A DNA stretch of 63,283 nt, filler included, from Collodictyon triciliatum (taxonomy: Eukaryota), in assembly GCA_043381765.1 (NCBI GenBank). It is 5 parts of 5 records of this genome, joined end to end, with 100 filler letters (N's around TTAATTAATTAA, not from the genome) between each part and the next. Parts side by side here need not be neighbours in the genome. Positions count along the whole stretch, not along the records: positions 1 to 23,641 come from JBHJMP010000132.1; positions 23,742 to 49,552 come from JBHJMP010000135.1; 3 more parts are not named here. One strand, written 5' to 3'. Shown here piece by piece: positions 20,064 to 46,640 of the stretch. A model generated the notes under the pieces. It worked only from the letters and a program-made list of their open reading frames with translations. It was not told the origin of the DNA and ran no database searches. The first letter of the stretch is position 1, and every line of letters starts with the position of its first letter. Made by a program: the position numbers and the translations under genes.

Positions 20064-21273
20064 CGGGACGTTCGGCTTTGTTATGCGCAGGAAGTCCTAG
20101 TCGAGTCGGACGGATTTTCTGGGTATTACTTTCTCGCGGTCTCCTCGGTGTTCTTGCTCTCGAGTTCAACACTTGCCTTGTGATCTTCCTTCTCAATGGG
20201 TTTATCCTTCAGATCGACGCACACACACACACACACGCCTTTCGGTTCCACAAATGTTTCTGCCCAACCTGATTATTCAATACATAGGTCTAACTTTCGG
20301 TTACGGTTGTCTATAAGCGTCGAGGGGAGTATTCACAGTTCGAGGAAAATCCACGTGGTATCATCATGATATATATTCATTATTTTCGTGTTTTTATATT
20401 TATGGCATTGATATTTATGGAATATTTGTGATATTAAGATGCAATATTTGTAATTTCCACAATTACTAAATTGGAATCTAAGGGTGCATTCGATGGTTAA
20501 TCAAAGCCTTTTTTTTCTTTTTCTTTTTCTTTTTCTTTTCTTATTCCTTCTCTATTCGGTCTCATTCAGCCTGTATATGGATAAACTTCATTGCAAAGGT
20601 TGTGACGAACTTGGTTTTGTCCCTTTCAAGGCACAACACTTTTTATACAATGAAAGTGTACCTATATTTGTATAGCAGTTTATTGCACAGACAATCATCG
20701 AATTGAATCTGGGTTGACAAAAGCAGGAGCTTTGGTGAATCCAAGAAACAACCTGAATCATATAATAGTACGATTAGTATTTAATTAAGATTAAAAATAC
20801 TTAATAGTCTCATTTTATTCCTGATATCAGTTTAATTTTATTTTCCATTATGTGATATTAAAGCTCAAAAATGAAAAATGAAAAACAATCCCTTGCCTTC
20901 GCCCAGACAGAACCCACCCTATAAACCTGCCACCAAACGTGCATTTCAAAAAAGCATACTATCCACACTTGCGGCGGTAATCATGTTGTTTGGGGCCGAT
21001 ATGTTGACTTTCAACCGCAATGGCCATACGACCATCCTTTCAAACTCGCCGAATCAGCTCTCAGTGTTTTGTCTCAAATCACTTATAAAAAAAAACTTTG
21101 TGTGTTTGTTTGCCACAATGCGCACATTTTGAAAGTCTCGGTAAATGCTTAATTTTACATAAATCGATTTTATGCAGTTTATTTATTTATTAAATTGACT
21201 GATTGACGAACGTTTTATAAAAATTGAAAACTCGGTAGTTTTCTAAAGGAAAAAGTAAAACAAAGACTTTTAG

Positions 21274-23214
21274 ATGAGGAAAAAAAAACGCCCTGAGTCT
21301 GAGAATCTAAAGTCTATAAAAACCCAAAATCGTAATACGATAACATCTCTAAAGTCGATTGTTAAGAATGCGGACAACTATTACAAAATCAACGATACGG
21401 GTTTATTGTGTCATAATTTGGTTACTGACACTTATCTGTTTGCAAGATGTTACATATTGAAATCACAACAACACCCAACAATCAATGAAAGTTTTTTTTT
21501 TGTACGCCTTAAAGACAGTCGGAATAGTTTCACAAGATAGACCAGCAAGATTAAAAGCATCCAGAAATGAGAGATGGCATGATGACTTTTTATCTCTATG
21601 ATTTTCAATTCCTTTTATCCCAAGAACACTTTCCGTTAGTTGAACTGTCTCATGTATTACTGTAATTGGCGAAGCAAATGTTAACAGTTTATCATAATAC
21701 CATTAAGGAGCATTTTGTAAAGAGGTTACTGCGCTTTATAAATCAAACATTTCCTAAAGATGTGAATATTACGGAAACTATTAAAAAGGCAGAGCTACGA
21801 AAGTAAAAAAAAAAAAAAAACCATCTTCAAGAATCTCGACATACCGGAACAATATAAATAATGGGCTAGAATACATTTGCATCATATCATTCCCAGCGAT
21901 ATTGTAAATTGTATTGAATATGACGTCAAAGCCAATCCAAAGAAGTGCACTCCATGTCTGATTTACATGAATCGTATTTTGAGGTCATTGGAATCAAAAA
22001 GTATCAACCAATCTCTATGAGAACTACCAATATGTCATGTCATATTACTCTAGATATTGCATGTTTGATGATATATTAGTATTATCTGGAAAAACACCAT
22101 TAATGAAGAATATACCAGGAAGCAAAGATACCCTATGGGATAAGTTATTTGAAATGAAGAAGAGTGTCCTTCATCAAACAGACTAGAGTTTTAAATACAT
22201 GATACAAACACACGGCTTGGCGGTGTCATTATCGTTTGAAAAGAAAGGTATTTCAAATTCAAAATTTCAATTTAATCAAAAAAACCCCCAAGAATATGTT
22301 TATATAGATGAACTTTCCGAAGAGCAGTTATATTTATTAGCGAAAAAAAAAATAGTAGTTGGAGTGGACGCAGGCAAGTTTAATATGGTTTAGATGGTGG
22401 ATGAGAAAGGTATGAAATTACATTACACGACACACAAAAGAAGACATGATAGCAAATCTCTTAAAAATCACAAAATACTTTTGAGAAGAAAGTAAAGTAC
22501 AATGCTTCAGGGATATACATCGCAAAAGATTTACAAAGCGCTGTTTCTTTTGGTCACAGGACTTTTAAAGAGAATCAATGGTTTGAGAGATTAATACTAT
22601 CTTTAATCGATTTTTTTTTTATTCTTCCTTTCAACTTTTGTGATCTTTAATCGATTTAGAGACAGGACTGATTAAACATAATTCATGCACGGTCGATTAT
22701 GAAAAATTTCGGAAGTATGCGTGCATGAAATCAAGATTCCGGTTAGAACTTTCCAGATTTTATGAACACGTGACTTTTCGAAAGATGATATGGAGACAGT
22801 ATGTTTATACAAAAAGAAGTGAAGAATTGTTTATGGACGGAATCGAAAAGGCATTTGGTAATGATGTTGTACTGGCGTATGGAGACTGAAGTAGAAAATG
22901 TCAGATGAAACATTTTATGCCAACAAACGGAAGAGGATTACGAAAAATACTATCCAAACGTTTTGAAACAGTTAGTGTAGATGAATCTAGAACCTTCAAG
23001 ATGTGCTGTAACTGCGAAAAAGAACTTGAATACATGACACCGAAAGGAAATTCAAAAAAAAATATGTAAATGTCACACATATAAAGAATGCAATCGCCCA
23101 GAAAGCAAACAAAGTGTATTCTTGACAAGGGACTTAAACAGCGCTCATAATATACTCAACAAAGTTCTTTTAATCCTTCAAAATTTGCATACGCCTTCCT
23201 CTAAAAAAAGATAG
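21274..23214 (+). pseudogene. Decayed Fanzor (Fanzor1-like, eukaryotic TnpB homologue; RNA-guided RuvC endonuclease)
   Basis: Across stops and frameshifts: N-terminal ITSLKSIVKN..CHNLVTDTYLFARCYIL; LAKQMLTVYHNTIKEHFVKRLLRFIN; YDVKANP..LIYMNRIL; FKYMIQTHGLAVSLSF; RuvC-I IVVGVDAGK (D at 22367); LAYGD*S..MKHFMPTNGRGLRKILSKRF; RuvC-II VDESRT (E at 22983); Zn-finger CCNC..C; RuvC-III TRDLNSAHNIL (D at 23131). Confidence 0.85.
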
Positions 23215-23375
23215 GCTGTTGGGTCTTTCCTCGCAGCCTTCACCACTACACAACCCTTGTGAAACAAGTGGCGAGACCTTGGATACTAGCGCACCAGGTT
23301 TATCAATCGAAAGATGGTATGCCCCTTCTAGTGTTGAATAATTATCCAATTCTGGGGTTTTTCTTTAATTCCCAT
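23213..23375 (+). ncRNA. Candidate Fanzor omegaRNA scaffold
   Basis: Stacked inverted repeats start at the Fanzor stop codon: AGGCTG 23213-18/CAGCCT 23234-39; CTTGT-GAA-ACAAG 23256-68; ATACTAG 23283-89/CTAGTGT 23328-34 enclosing an ATC-GAAA-GAT tetraloop hairpin (23306-15). This is the position where Fanzor/TnpB omegaRNAs lie. Confidence 0.55.
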
Positions 23376-23601
23376 ATGTCGACCACATCCGCCATCATGA
23401 TTTCATATCAGTTTCTCTGGGATTTGCCTTAAAAAGACGCGAGCGCATTTGATTGGTTAGGTTTGACTCTGGCAACACACAAACATACATACAAACACCA
23501 ACACAAAGGATCAAAACAAAAATAAAAAAAAACAAAGAAAAAAATAATCAAATACACAAACTCAGGCAACCAAGGCACACAACGACAGAAACAAAGACTA
23601 C

Positions 23602-23641
<40 letters not shown>

Positions 23642-23741
23642 NNNNNNNNNNNNNNNNNNNNNNNNNNNNNNNNNNNNNNNNNNNNTTAATTAATTAANNN
23701 NNNNNNNNNNNNNNNNNNNNNNNNNNNNNNNNNNNNNNNNN
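23642..23741. other. Artificial scaffold linker (N-TTAATTAATTAA-N)
   Basis: 100-nt block: N run, TTAATTAATTAA (stops in all six frames) at 23686-23697, N run. Confidence 0.97.
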
Positions 23742-23742
23742 T

Positions 23743-24845
23743 TTAAAAAAAAAAAAATTTAATAGATGATAAATTTTTTTTTTTTTTTTCCCCCCCCCCC
23801 CCCCCTTTATTCGATTCCAAGTGGAGCATAATGTATCCTCTGTTTCCATAGTGTTGTGCATCAGTCACGAACCTTTGATTGTCTCCAGATACATCACTTT
23901 CAGTCTTCCATAGAGGAATGATAAGAGCACAGTTTGCAATCGAAGTTAAAATCATAGATGCTATCGTAGTTGAGTCACTGTTTGACGTGTAATAAGAAAA
24001 TGATCTTAAATCTGTTGGTTTCAAGCCTTTCAAGAAAAGAATCATGTTGGAAAAAGGTGGTGGTAAAAGATTCAAGCTGGTAATCTCAATATAAATATAT
24101 GCTTGGCAAGCTCTTACGTCACTTTCTTTTGAAGAACAAGACATAATATCCACATAAATGTTAAGATATTTGCAGCTTGGATGAATGCACCCATGAAGGC
24201 ACCGAAGCTATCTCCCTCTGGGAGCTCATCTACAAAAACACCCAGCTACCGAATATGAAATGTTATGAGATACATATTCTTTTGGAAAAAAAAAAAAGTA
24301 AATATATATGTATGGGGCCAGGACATGAAAAGAAATCTGTAAAGACAACCAAAGAAAGGTAAGTATCCAATAGCTAAATGGCTGTATAATAAACATATGG
24401 GCTATTTATATACGTACCTTTGTCCACAGCCCATTCGCAATTAGGTATGGGTATACTCCGATAAGCACAAACAAAAGGAATATAGTCGAGCTACACGGCC
24501 ATCAAATTAGTCATGAACAAATGTTGTTGTTGTTGTTTTTTTTTAAAAAAAAAAAAAAAGAAAAGCAAGAGCAATGACCACAAAAGTGAAAATGAAAAAT
24601 GAAAGCAATATAAATGAAAAGAAAGGAGTATGTGTGTAACGCCAAAGAGTAGTTTTCCACATGAATTCCTCTTGTTCAAGACAGTTTATTACGTGATTGG
24701 AATCGGCTTCTTTGTCTCTGTCGAGTTCTCGTGTAACAGCGCGCGCGTCTCTGGAGACACAACTTCTGGATATGTCGCACCAGCCTTTGACTGAGACGTC
24801 GGCATCGCAATATACGTGCGCTTCAGCGCAGATTAGTCTTGACAT
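23743..24845 (-). CDS. SLC52/RFT-type riboflavin transporter-like membrane protein, N-terminal part (truncated by scaffold end)
   Basis: Exons STIFLLFVLIGVYPYLIANGLWTK|LGVFVDELPEGDSFGAFMGAFIQAANIL..|..IANCALIIPLWKTESDVSGDNQ match the SLC52 N-terminal signature NG(I/L)WxELPxxVxxLPEGWxL..ANI. Start codon uncertain. Confidence 0.75.
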
Positions 24846-25790
24846 GGAAGGAAAACACGCAAAGGAAACAGACAGAGACAAGGGAGCCAGACAAAGGAAT
24901 TCCACACAGAAGACGCACATAGAAGACGCACAAAGAAAGAAAGGAAGGAAGAGAGAGCACATTGGAAGGGATCTTCACGATTGAAGAGGACCCAAAAGCT
25001 ACGTTGGTTGGGCGGCTGATTCGGAGTCGTTGTATCTTTTTGGTGGACGCGGCCTCTTGTGCGTTGCAGTAAGTCTCTTAGTTCTTGCAACCCAATCGCA
25101 TGTGCGTTTTAAGTTGGTTACAGGGATACAGAAATGGGTAATTCTTATCTGAGAATCTATTACTATATCTGGATGATATAATAAATCTGAAACTTATCGT
25201 CAAAATAACTAATGATTATCCTGTTTTAGATGTTTATTAATTGAGCTATACGTATTATAATCGAATGACGTGAACTTGTCGATTATTGAATCTGAAATCT
25301 CTCACGGATTCTCCGTAAAGTCCAGATATGTCACGTGTCCATACCTTACAAAGTCTCGCGTTGTTTCTTTTTGCTCTAATCTGAATTTACTTTATTTACT
25401 TCTCCCCATCTTATATTTTCTTCTCTTATTCTGTCAGCCAACTGTGCTTGTCAAACTCACAAGTATCTCGATGTGTGTGACTTCATCCCCGCGCACAAAC
25501 ACAAAGTCACCGAAAGACGGCCTTTTTCCGACCTTCACAGTGATCAGAATTGATAACACAAAAGGCTCCCGTGTCACGTAGTCGCTTTTTTTTTTTTCTC
25601 TCTCTTTCTCTCTCTAATACTCGTTGAAAGTTCTCCTTTGAATTCGCACGTCATATTCTTTGCCGCGGTTGCTTACCATATTATGGCAAAATACAAGAAA
25701 ATAAAAACATAAAATAGAAGACTCTCTGTAAAGACAGGGTGGTATGAAACTTACTCGTACCTCTTCAAAGATTGTCTGTACCTTTAGAGA

Positions 25791-35072
<9,282 letters not shown>

Positions 35073-35311
35073 TATGAAGATAAATATCAAATTTCCGTAC
35101 CAATAAGATGAATGCAAAATATATATATATATACTTGAACATCAAACCCTTGGTTTTTCATCTTTACTTTATTTCGTTTTGCTATTTTAAATGCAAGTAT
35201 TACATGTTCTAGATCAATACTTTCACGTGTGAAAGTCCAGAGAACTATATTAGTTTATCACATGGTTCTCAATCTCAATCGAACAAATCTTTGCTGACGC
35301 ACTCGGCTTTT

Positions 35312-35699
35312 ATGTCGACTCAAAAAGGCTCATTGGATGAAACTGGCCAACATTTCGACAGATGTAATGATAGTGCCACAGGTGAGTTCCTCTTCACCGA
35401 AATTACCAGTGAAAGAGAAGCAGGACCAAGTTGGAAACAAGAGGATGTCTATGATTTTTCAGACCCACCATCAAATCATACTGTTGCGAAAACTGACTCT
35501 GATGTGGTGGCCATCATTAAAGTGGACCTTGGTGCTAACCCAGAACCCTTGATATACGTGCGCCGGGGAGACGATCCCAATGAACTCTCTCTGGCTTTTT
35601 GTGTGGAGCATAACCTGTTGGACCCTCTATTGGGTGCAGAGACTGATGCGTGCCGCACCCTCGCGTCCATGATTCGATATAGGATGGACAACCCCCAAG

Positions 35700-35791
<92 letters not shown>

Positions 35792-38069
35792 ATACCTTCG
35801 AGTGAAAGTTTCCCTCCTTGTAAATCAACGGATCAGGATGCACGCAGACTTTCACTTCATACCCCACATTATGAAATCAGGTAAATATTTCTGTTATACA
35901 ATAAAGTTCCTATTACATTCCACATCAGTTATAGCCGTATTGATGGTTGTTTGTTTATTTGTTTTGAAATTTTTTTTCAGAAAATAAATGAATTAACCGA
36001 CTTTGTATAATGCGGTATAATAAACTAAAAGAAGCAGTACACAGGCTCAAAAGGTAATATGAATTGTTCGAGCTATGCAAATAAAAGTGCACTTGATCTA
36101 CAATAATACCGATAAAGATTATACCTATATTTTTCTTCGACTCTTAAGATATCTCTAAAATTAACTTCAATTCAAATTTATAGGGAGATGTATATTCAAG
36201 ATTATATAATTCTGCTCATAAGTACTCTCAACATCGCCGCCAATTGGTCATTCAAAGTCAACGTTCTGCCGATTATGAAGTTGAAGGGCATCTACTTAAT
36301 ATTAACTCGGTTTGGATTCATGTCCATAAAATTGAAGGCAAAAAAAAAAAATTATATTCATTCAATGCATAATTCATCCCAATATACAATACAAGTTAAA
36401 ATTTGGTCATGGATAAGATCAAACTATCATCAGTCAGTTTACCTCCAAAATTAATGACTTTAAGACATCTGCCGAACTTGCGCGGTATCGAACTGTCCAG
36501 GCGCAAAAATATGGTTCTTACTCAGATCTTCTTTACCATGAAGGTCTCATGAAAAAGAAAAAACAGGTAAGTTTTTTAATAATAAAAATGATCAGAACTC
36601 CAGTAATTGTTTTCTATCGTGCACTTAATCATATCTCGAAAGAAAAAGAATAGAAATGCTTCATTATTATGATATATACCGCGTATTCATTCTTGATTTT
36701 GTGCGTTTTCATTTATTCGGTGTTTTCGCTCTCTTTCGTATGCTTTAAAGCAAATGATGGCCGAAAGAATTGTGGCTGAGCGCTGTCATGACCCCGAGGC
36801 TACCTTCCACCCAGAAATAAGGTGTGCTTCCCATCCTCCTTATTTGATTCAAAGTCTCTCAAATTAAGATAATCCCAGAAAATTTATCCTTGGCTCAAAA
36901 AAATATATGTGTATTACATTTACTTTATTTCTTAAAGTGCTCATTTATCTTATTGACAAATCGCGGTTATTCGCTCATATTGATGATGTGATATCATTCA
37001 CTAATTTGGAGGAGAAACAAAATATACCTGCAGCGACTATGCCAAAAAAAGAGGCCAATCCCCATGCTTGTGGAATCGTTTATATGAAGAGAAAATCAAC
37101 AAAATACCTGAGGTTTGTCGCTTAGTCAACTTTTTGTATGAATAAGATTTAAAATCCCCCTGAAATCTAGTACTTTTAGCATCGCTCTGTTTTCTTATCC
37201 CTCTTGTTTGTGTTTATTGTTGTTGCCTTTCTTCATTTGATCTCATAATGGTTGTTCATATTTGGTTGCTCAAATTCTAACCAAACTGTCCCTGCTCTAA
37301 GCACTTGAAAAAAAGTGAAACGCACTCCTTCAAACCGAAATTATCTGCAAAAATTGAATCGTCTCACACTACAGGTTCCATTTAAAATATAGTTAATTCT
37401 ACTAAGGATTTTCATAATATAATACCATCTTTGTGAACTTACATACGCGTTTTTTTTTAAAGGCGGGTTGGGTTCTCTACCCTGAGCATTTTGTTTCACA
37501 TCATCTACTTTCATTTTAAAAGTAAATGTAGTTGACCGGCTGTATACAAATCACATGAAGAAAATGGAAGCTGCGGAGAATTCCAAAGTCAAGCAACAAG
37601 TGTTAGATTTATTTTTATTTTATTTCATTTGATTGTACTTTTCTATTGGTTATTTTTCTTGTGTTGTTGTTATGTTGTTATGTTGTTATGTTGTTATGTT
37701 GTTATGTTGTTATGTTGTTATGTTGTTATGTTGTTATGTTGTTATGTTGTTTTGTTGTTTTGTTGTTTTGTTGTTTTGTTGTTTTGTTGTTTTGTTGTTT
37801 TGTTGTTTTCGTGGTTTGAATCTGTCAAACACTTGAAAAAATTCTGATAAGCTGCTGATTCCTCGATGAATGGGCGAATGTATGAATGATATTTTACTGT
37901 ATTATTTTGTCATCGCTATTCATTAATTTGTACCATCCGAAAGTATCGAACGAAAATCGAACAGGAGGACGCCATCACCATCAAGATTCACAGACGGAAG
38001 GTCAATATTTGACCATCTGTACAACCAGTCGAAAGCTGTCCAGCGACAGAACTTAATCAAGAGACTTCA
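35312..38069 (+). CDS. Uncharacterised poly-Q protein with repeated (R/H/L)LY and TF(H/K)P motifs; 3' end unresolved
   Basis: Exon 1: MSTQKGS..IIKVDLG..IYVRRGDDPNELSLAFCVEHNL.. plus a CAA-encoded poly-Q. Later exons: DLLYHEG, EATFHPEI, LWNRLYEE, HSFKPKLS, VDRLYTN, SIFDHLYNQ. Confidence 0.65.
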
Positions 38070-39008
38070 GGTACAGCTATTTTCTCACCAACGAATGATA
38101 TTTTTCTCTTCATCTATGAGGTTCTCCGTTTGCGTACATCAGTCACCACTTATCATGGTTTCAGTATTCGCTTATTTTCATCCATTATATTATTATTATT
38201 ATTTTGGTGTATTCTAACAATGTACGGGGTCAATGTGGTTCGTATCTCTAAATTAATTCTATTAAAAACCGAAAATCCCAGAACTGTGACGATGAATAGA
38301 AATACTAGCCTCTCCCTTCACAATTAAACTTATGAAGTGGTGCTGCGGTGCCATCATTTGCTGTTCATCCTTTATTTCAGGGGTTGTACGAGTACAGATT
38401 AAGATGATGAAACGGTAGAGCTTATCACAATCAATAAATCGCAAGCAAGAGTTTGTAGTAGCTTGCGATACTAATTTTAAGTGCAATGGCAGAATAAGTC
38501 ACAGAGAGAACGGTCGGTGTTTGTTATTTTTTTTTAAGAGAATGAAAAAAAAAGGAAAATTTTTTCAATGCTCAAGTTTGTAATTGGAACTAGCAATAAT
38601 CAACTAGAATGCGCAAGACAATATGAAAGAGAATCCAGGAGCTGGGATTTTTCTGCTTTTTTTTTTTTTTTTTGGGGGGGGGGGGGGGGNNNNNNNNNNN
38701 NNNNNNNNNNNNNNNNNNNNNNNNNNNNNNNNNNNNNNNNNNNNNNNNNNNNNNNNNNNNNNNNNNNNNNNNNNNNNNNNNNNNNNNNNATTATTCTTAT
38801 TATTATTCTTATTATTATTCTTATTATTATTCTTATTATTATTCTTATTATTATTCTTATTATTATTCTTATTATTATTCTTATTATTGGAAAGTCATTT
38901 CCACTAACCGTGAAATGATTCATTTAATTGAAGTTTGCTAATCAAAAAACTTTTTTAATGGCGGGTGTTCCTTTTTTTTTTCTTTTTTTCTTTTTATTGG
39001 GAAAAAAG

Positions 39009-39379
39009 TGATCTTTCACGCGCAGCACAAGCTTTTCGGCATATATCGATTGCAGCTTTGACTTTAGGGAGGATAGCTGAAGCTTATTCTTATTGCAAGC
39101 AAGGACAGGAACATGCTAGGAAGGCGAATGATTTACAAAACCAGGTGATTAAGTCTCTTTTTTGGCCGTCATATTTCCTCAAAATCTGTAGAACCTGCTG
39201 TTGGATCTGATGCATGTGCGGTATAGATTAAGTTAAGGTCCATCGAGATGTCCATCTTGCACATACAGTCGAAACCAACAGAAGTCGCAACGACCGGTCG
39301 ACGTTTGCGGGAGGCAGCAGCATCAATAGGAAACACAAGATTTCAAGAGATAGCCCTCACTTATTTGATCTACAATTGG
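39009..39379 (+). CDS. Two orphan TPR-like helical exons, probably part of the adenylyl cyclase gene
   Basis: DLSRAAQAFRHISIAALTLGRIAEAYSYCKQGQEHARKANDLQNQ|IKLRSIEMSILHIQSK..LTYLIYNW on a small contig between two N gaps. Splice phase matches the cyclase exon ending at 34400. Confidence 0.65.
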
Positions 39380-39815
39380 GTGAGATATGGCAATGGGAAT
39401 AAATCTGAATTGGCTGACAGGTTTGGCCGTAGACTTTTTAGATATTGCTAACTAATTCACAGAAAATTCGTACAGTACGAAAACCCATATTAGNNNNNNN
39501 NNNNNNNNNNNNNNNNNNNNNNNNNNNNNNNNNNNNNNNNNNNNNNNNNNNNNNNNNNNNNNNNNNNNNNNNNNNNNNNNNNNNNGATAGTATTTAGTGT
39601 GAGGTGAATGTTCGAGAAACTGCATATTAATAAAACGTAATCAAAGTACCACAATGTTATCAATAAGAAGAGCGGAAACATAAGGAATGATATCATCAAG
39701 CATCCGAAAGATTTCTACCACACAGTGTAGATGGAAAGAAAACGGAAGTTTTATCAGCATCGAATCACTGATTAATCACTTGTCTATTTCGTTGTTTCAT
39801 CGAAGCTGTTTGTGA

Positions 39816-44855
<5,040 letters not shown>

Positions 44856-45712
44856 TGCGATTGGAGTGAACTACTCAATTCCTGTCGTATTCCGTCGACT
44901 TTTTTCTTCCTCTTTTTCCTCCCTTTAATAAAAGAACATCCGAGACCTCATCCACACTCGTTGGAGCGTGGCATCACACGATTCTGCGCGCCGCACACAA
45001 ATAATGCCAATTCACTCGGAGCCGCACCAAACCAAGACGAAGGCAGCAACACGAGTCGATGATAGGTGAATGCCGTTTCTGCCTTCCTCTCGCTCTGTCT
45101 CTGGCCTGTTGGACAAACCTTGCACTTGTCCGCTTCGTCCTTGTGCTGCAATCAGCTGACGAAAAGCAGTGTATCTGATTCGGTAGCGTGGCCCAAGGTG
45201 GCATGGTTGATTTAAGAGTCATGTCAGGGTCGAAAAGTCTTTTTTTTTTTTTTTTTNNNNNNNNNNNNNNNNNNNNNNNNNNNNNNNNNNNNNNNNNNNN
45301 NNNNNNNNNNNNNNNNNNNNNNNNNNNNNNNNNNNNNNNNNNNNNNNNNNNNNNNNNNNNNNNNNNNNNNNNNNNNNNNNNNNNNNNNNNNNNNNNNNNN
45401 NNNNNNNNNNNNNNNNNNNNNNNNNNNNNNNNNNNNNNNNNNNNNNNNNNNNNNNNNNNNNNNNNNNNNNNNNNNNNNNNNNNNNNNNNNNNNNNNNNNN
45501 NNNNNNNNNNNNNNNNNNNNNNNNNNNNNNNNNNNNNNNNNNNNNNNNNNNNNNNNNNNNNNNNNNNNNNNNNNNNNNNNNNNNNNNNNNNNNNNNNNNN
45601 NNNNNNNNNNNNNNNNNNNNNNNNNNNNNNNNNNNNNNNNNNNNNNNNNNNNNNNNNNNNNNNNNNNNNNNNNNNNNNNNNNNNNNNNNNNNNNNNNNNN
45701 NNNNNNNNNNNN

Positions 45713-46552
45713 GACAAGTGAGCTCATTGAGTTTGAGTTTCTCGAGTTCTGTTTTTGCTGCTGCTCGGCCTTTTCCGATGGCACAGCCATAATAGGCCTA
45801 TTAAACACGTATAAAAAGAAATTGAGTGGTGTTGGACTCAGGTCAGAGGATTGGTGTCATTCTTGAACGTTTTTCTCAATGTTTATCTAGACTTTCGCAG
45901 ATGTGGCAATGGTAATAGTCACCCAGTATTTTTTGGTTACTTCAGAAGAGTATGATTATGCGTTGCAAGATAAAGACATACATATGCGGCACCCGAAGGG
46001 TCAATGACATGAAGAAGGTGTCCGTGTCTGGGGTGATATGAAGCTAGCATGCCTGTGCACCCGAAGGGACGGACAGAACCGTATAGTGTGTACGCCTGCA
46101 TAATTCGTAAATCATGAAAATCGCATTCCCATTCTCTTTTCTTCTTTTTGGACAATGCGCGCTTTTAGATTTAGACGTACTGGGGCAAGAAAGAAGCACT
46201 GTCACTCCATGATATGTCATTCATTCATAGAATATAATAAGTTACAGCTAGACAATTAAAAAAAAAAGTACCTGGTAGAATAAGCCAAGTCTCTCAGCAA
46301 GGACTTTACCGGGGATTTGGTCTCCATAAGTTTCGCGGTAGTTTGTGGCTTCCTCCTCGGCTCGGCTAGCTATCTGGCGGGCGTCAGCTTGAAGTCCGGC
46401 GAGCATCTGAGTTATGTTGCATAGAGGAAAATCAGTGATGTATAGATCGGAAAAAAGGGGGAATAGCTTTCAACTATACCAGCATCACGTAATAAATAAT
46501 CCTTTCTTATGAAAAGTAAAGAGAGAACCAAAAAAGAAGAAAATACTTTACA

Positions 46553-46640
<88 letters not shown>

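Noticed and set aside
21660-22395. TAA/TAG stops at likely Tyr positions, and a TGA at a Trp position (~22887), in the Fanzor, suggesting stop-codon reassignment
   Set aside because: The same ORF also has frameshifts, and host genes (RPS28, TFIP11, L1) end in standard stops. Pseudogene decay is the simpler explanation.
23686-23697. Recurrent palindromic TTAATTAATTAA (also 49597, 53149, 59413)
   Set aside because: Always centred in a 100-nt N block. It is a six-frame-stop concatenation spacer, not a genomic motif or piggyBac site.
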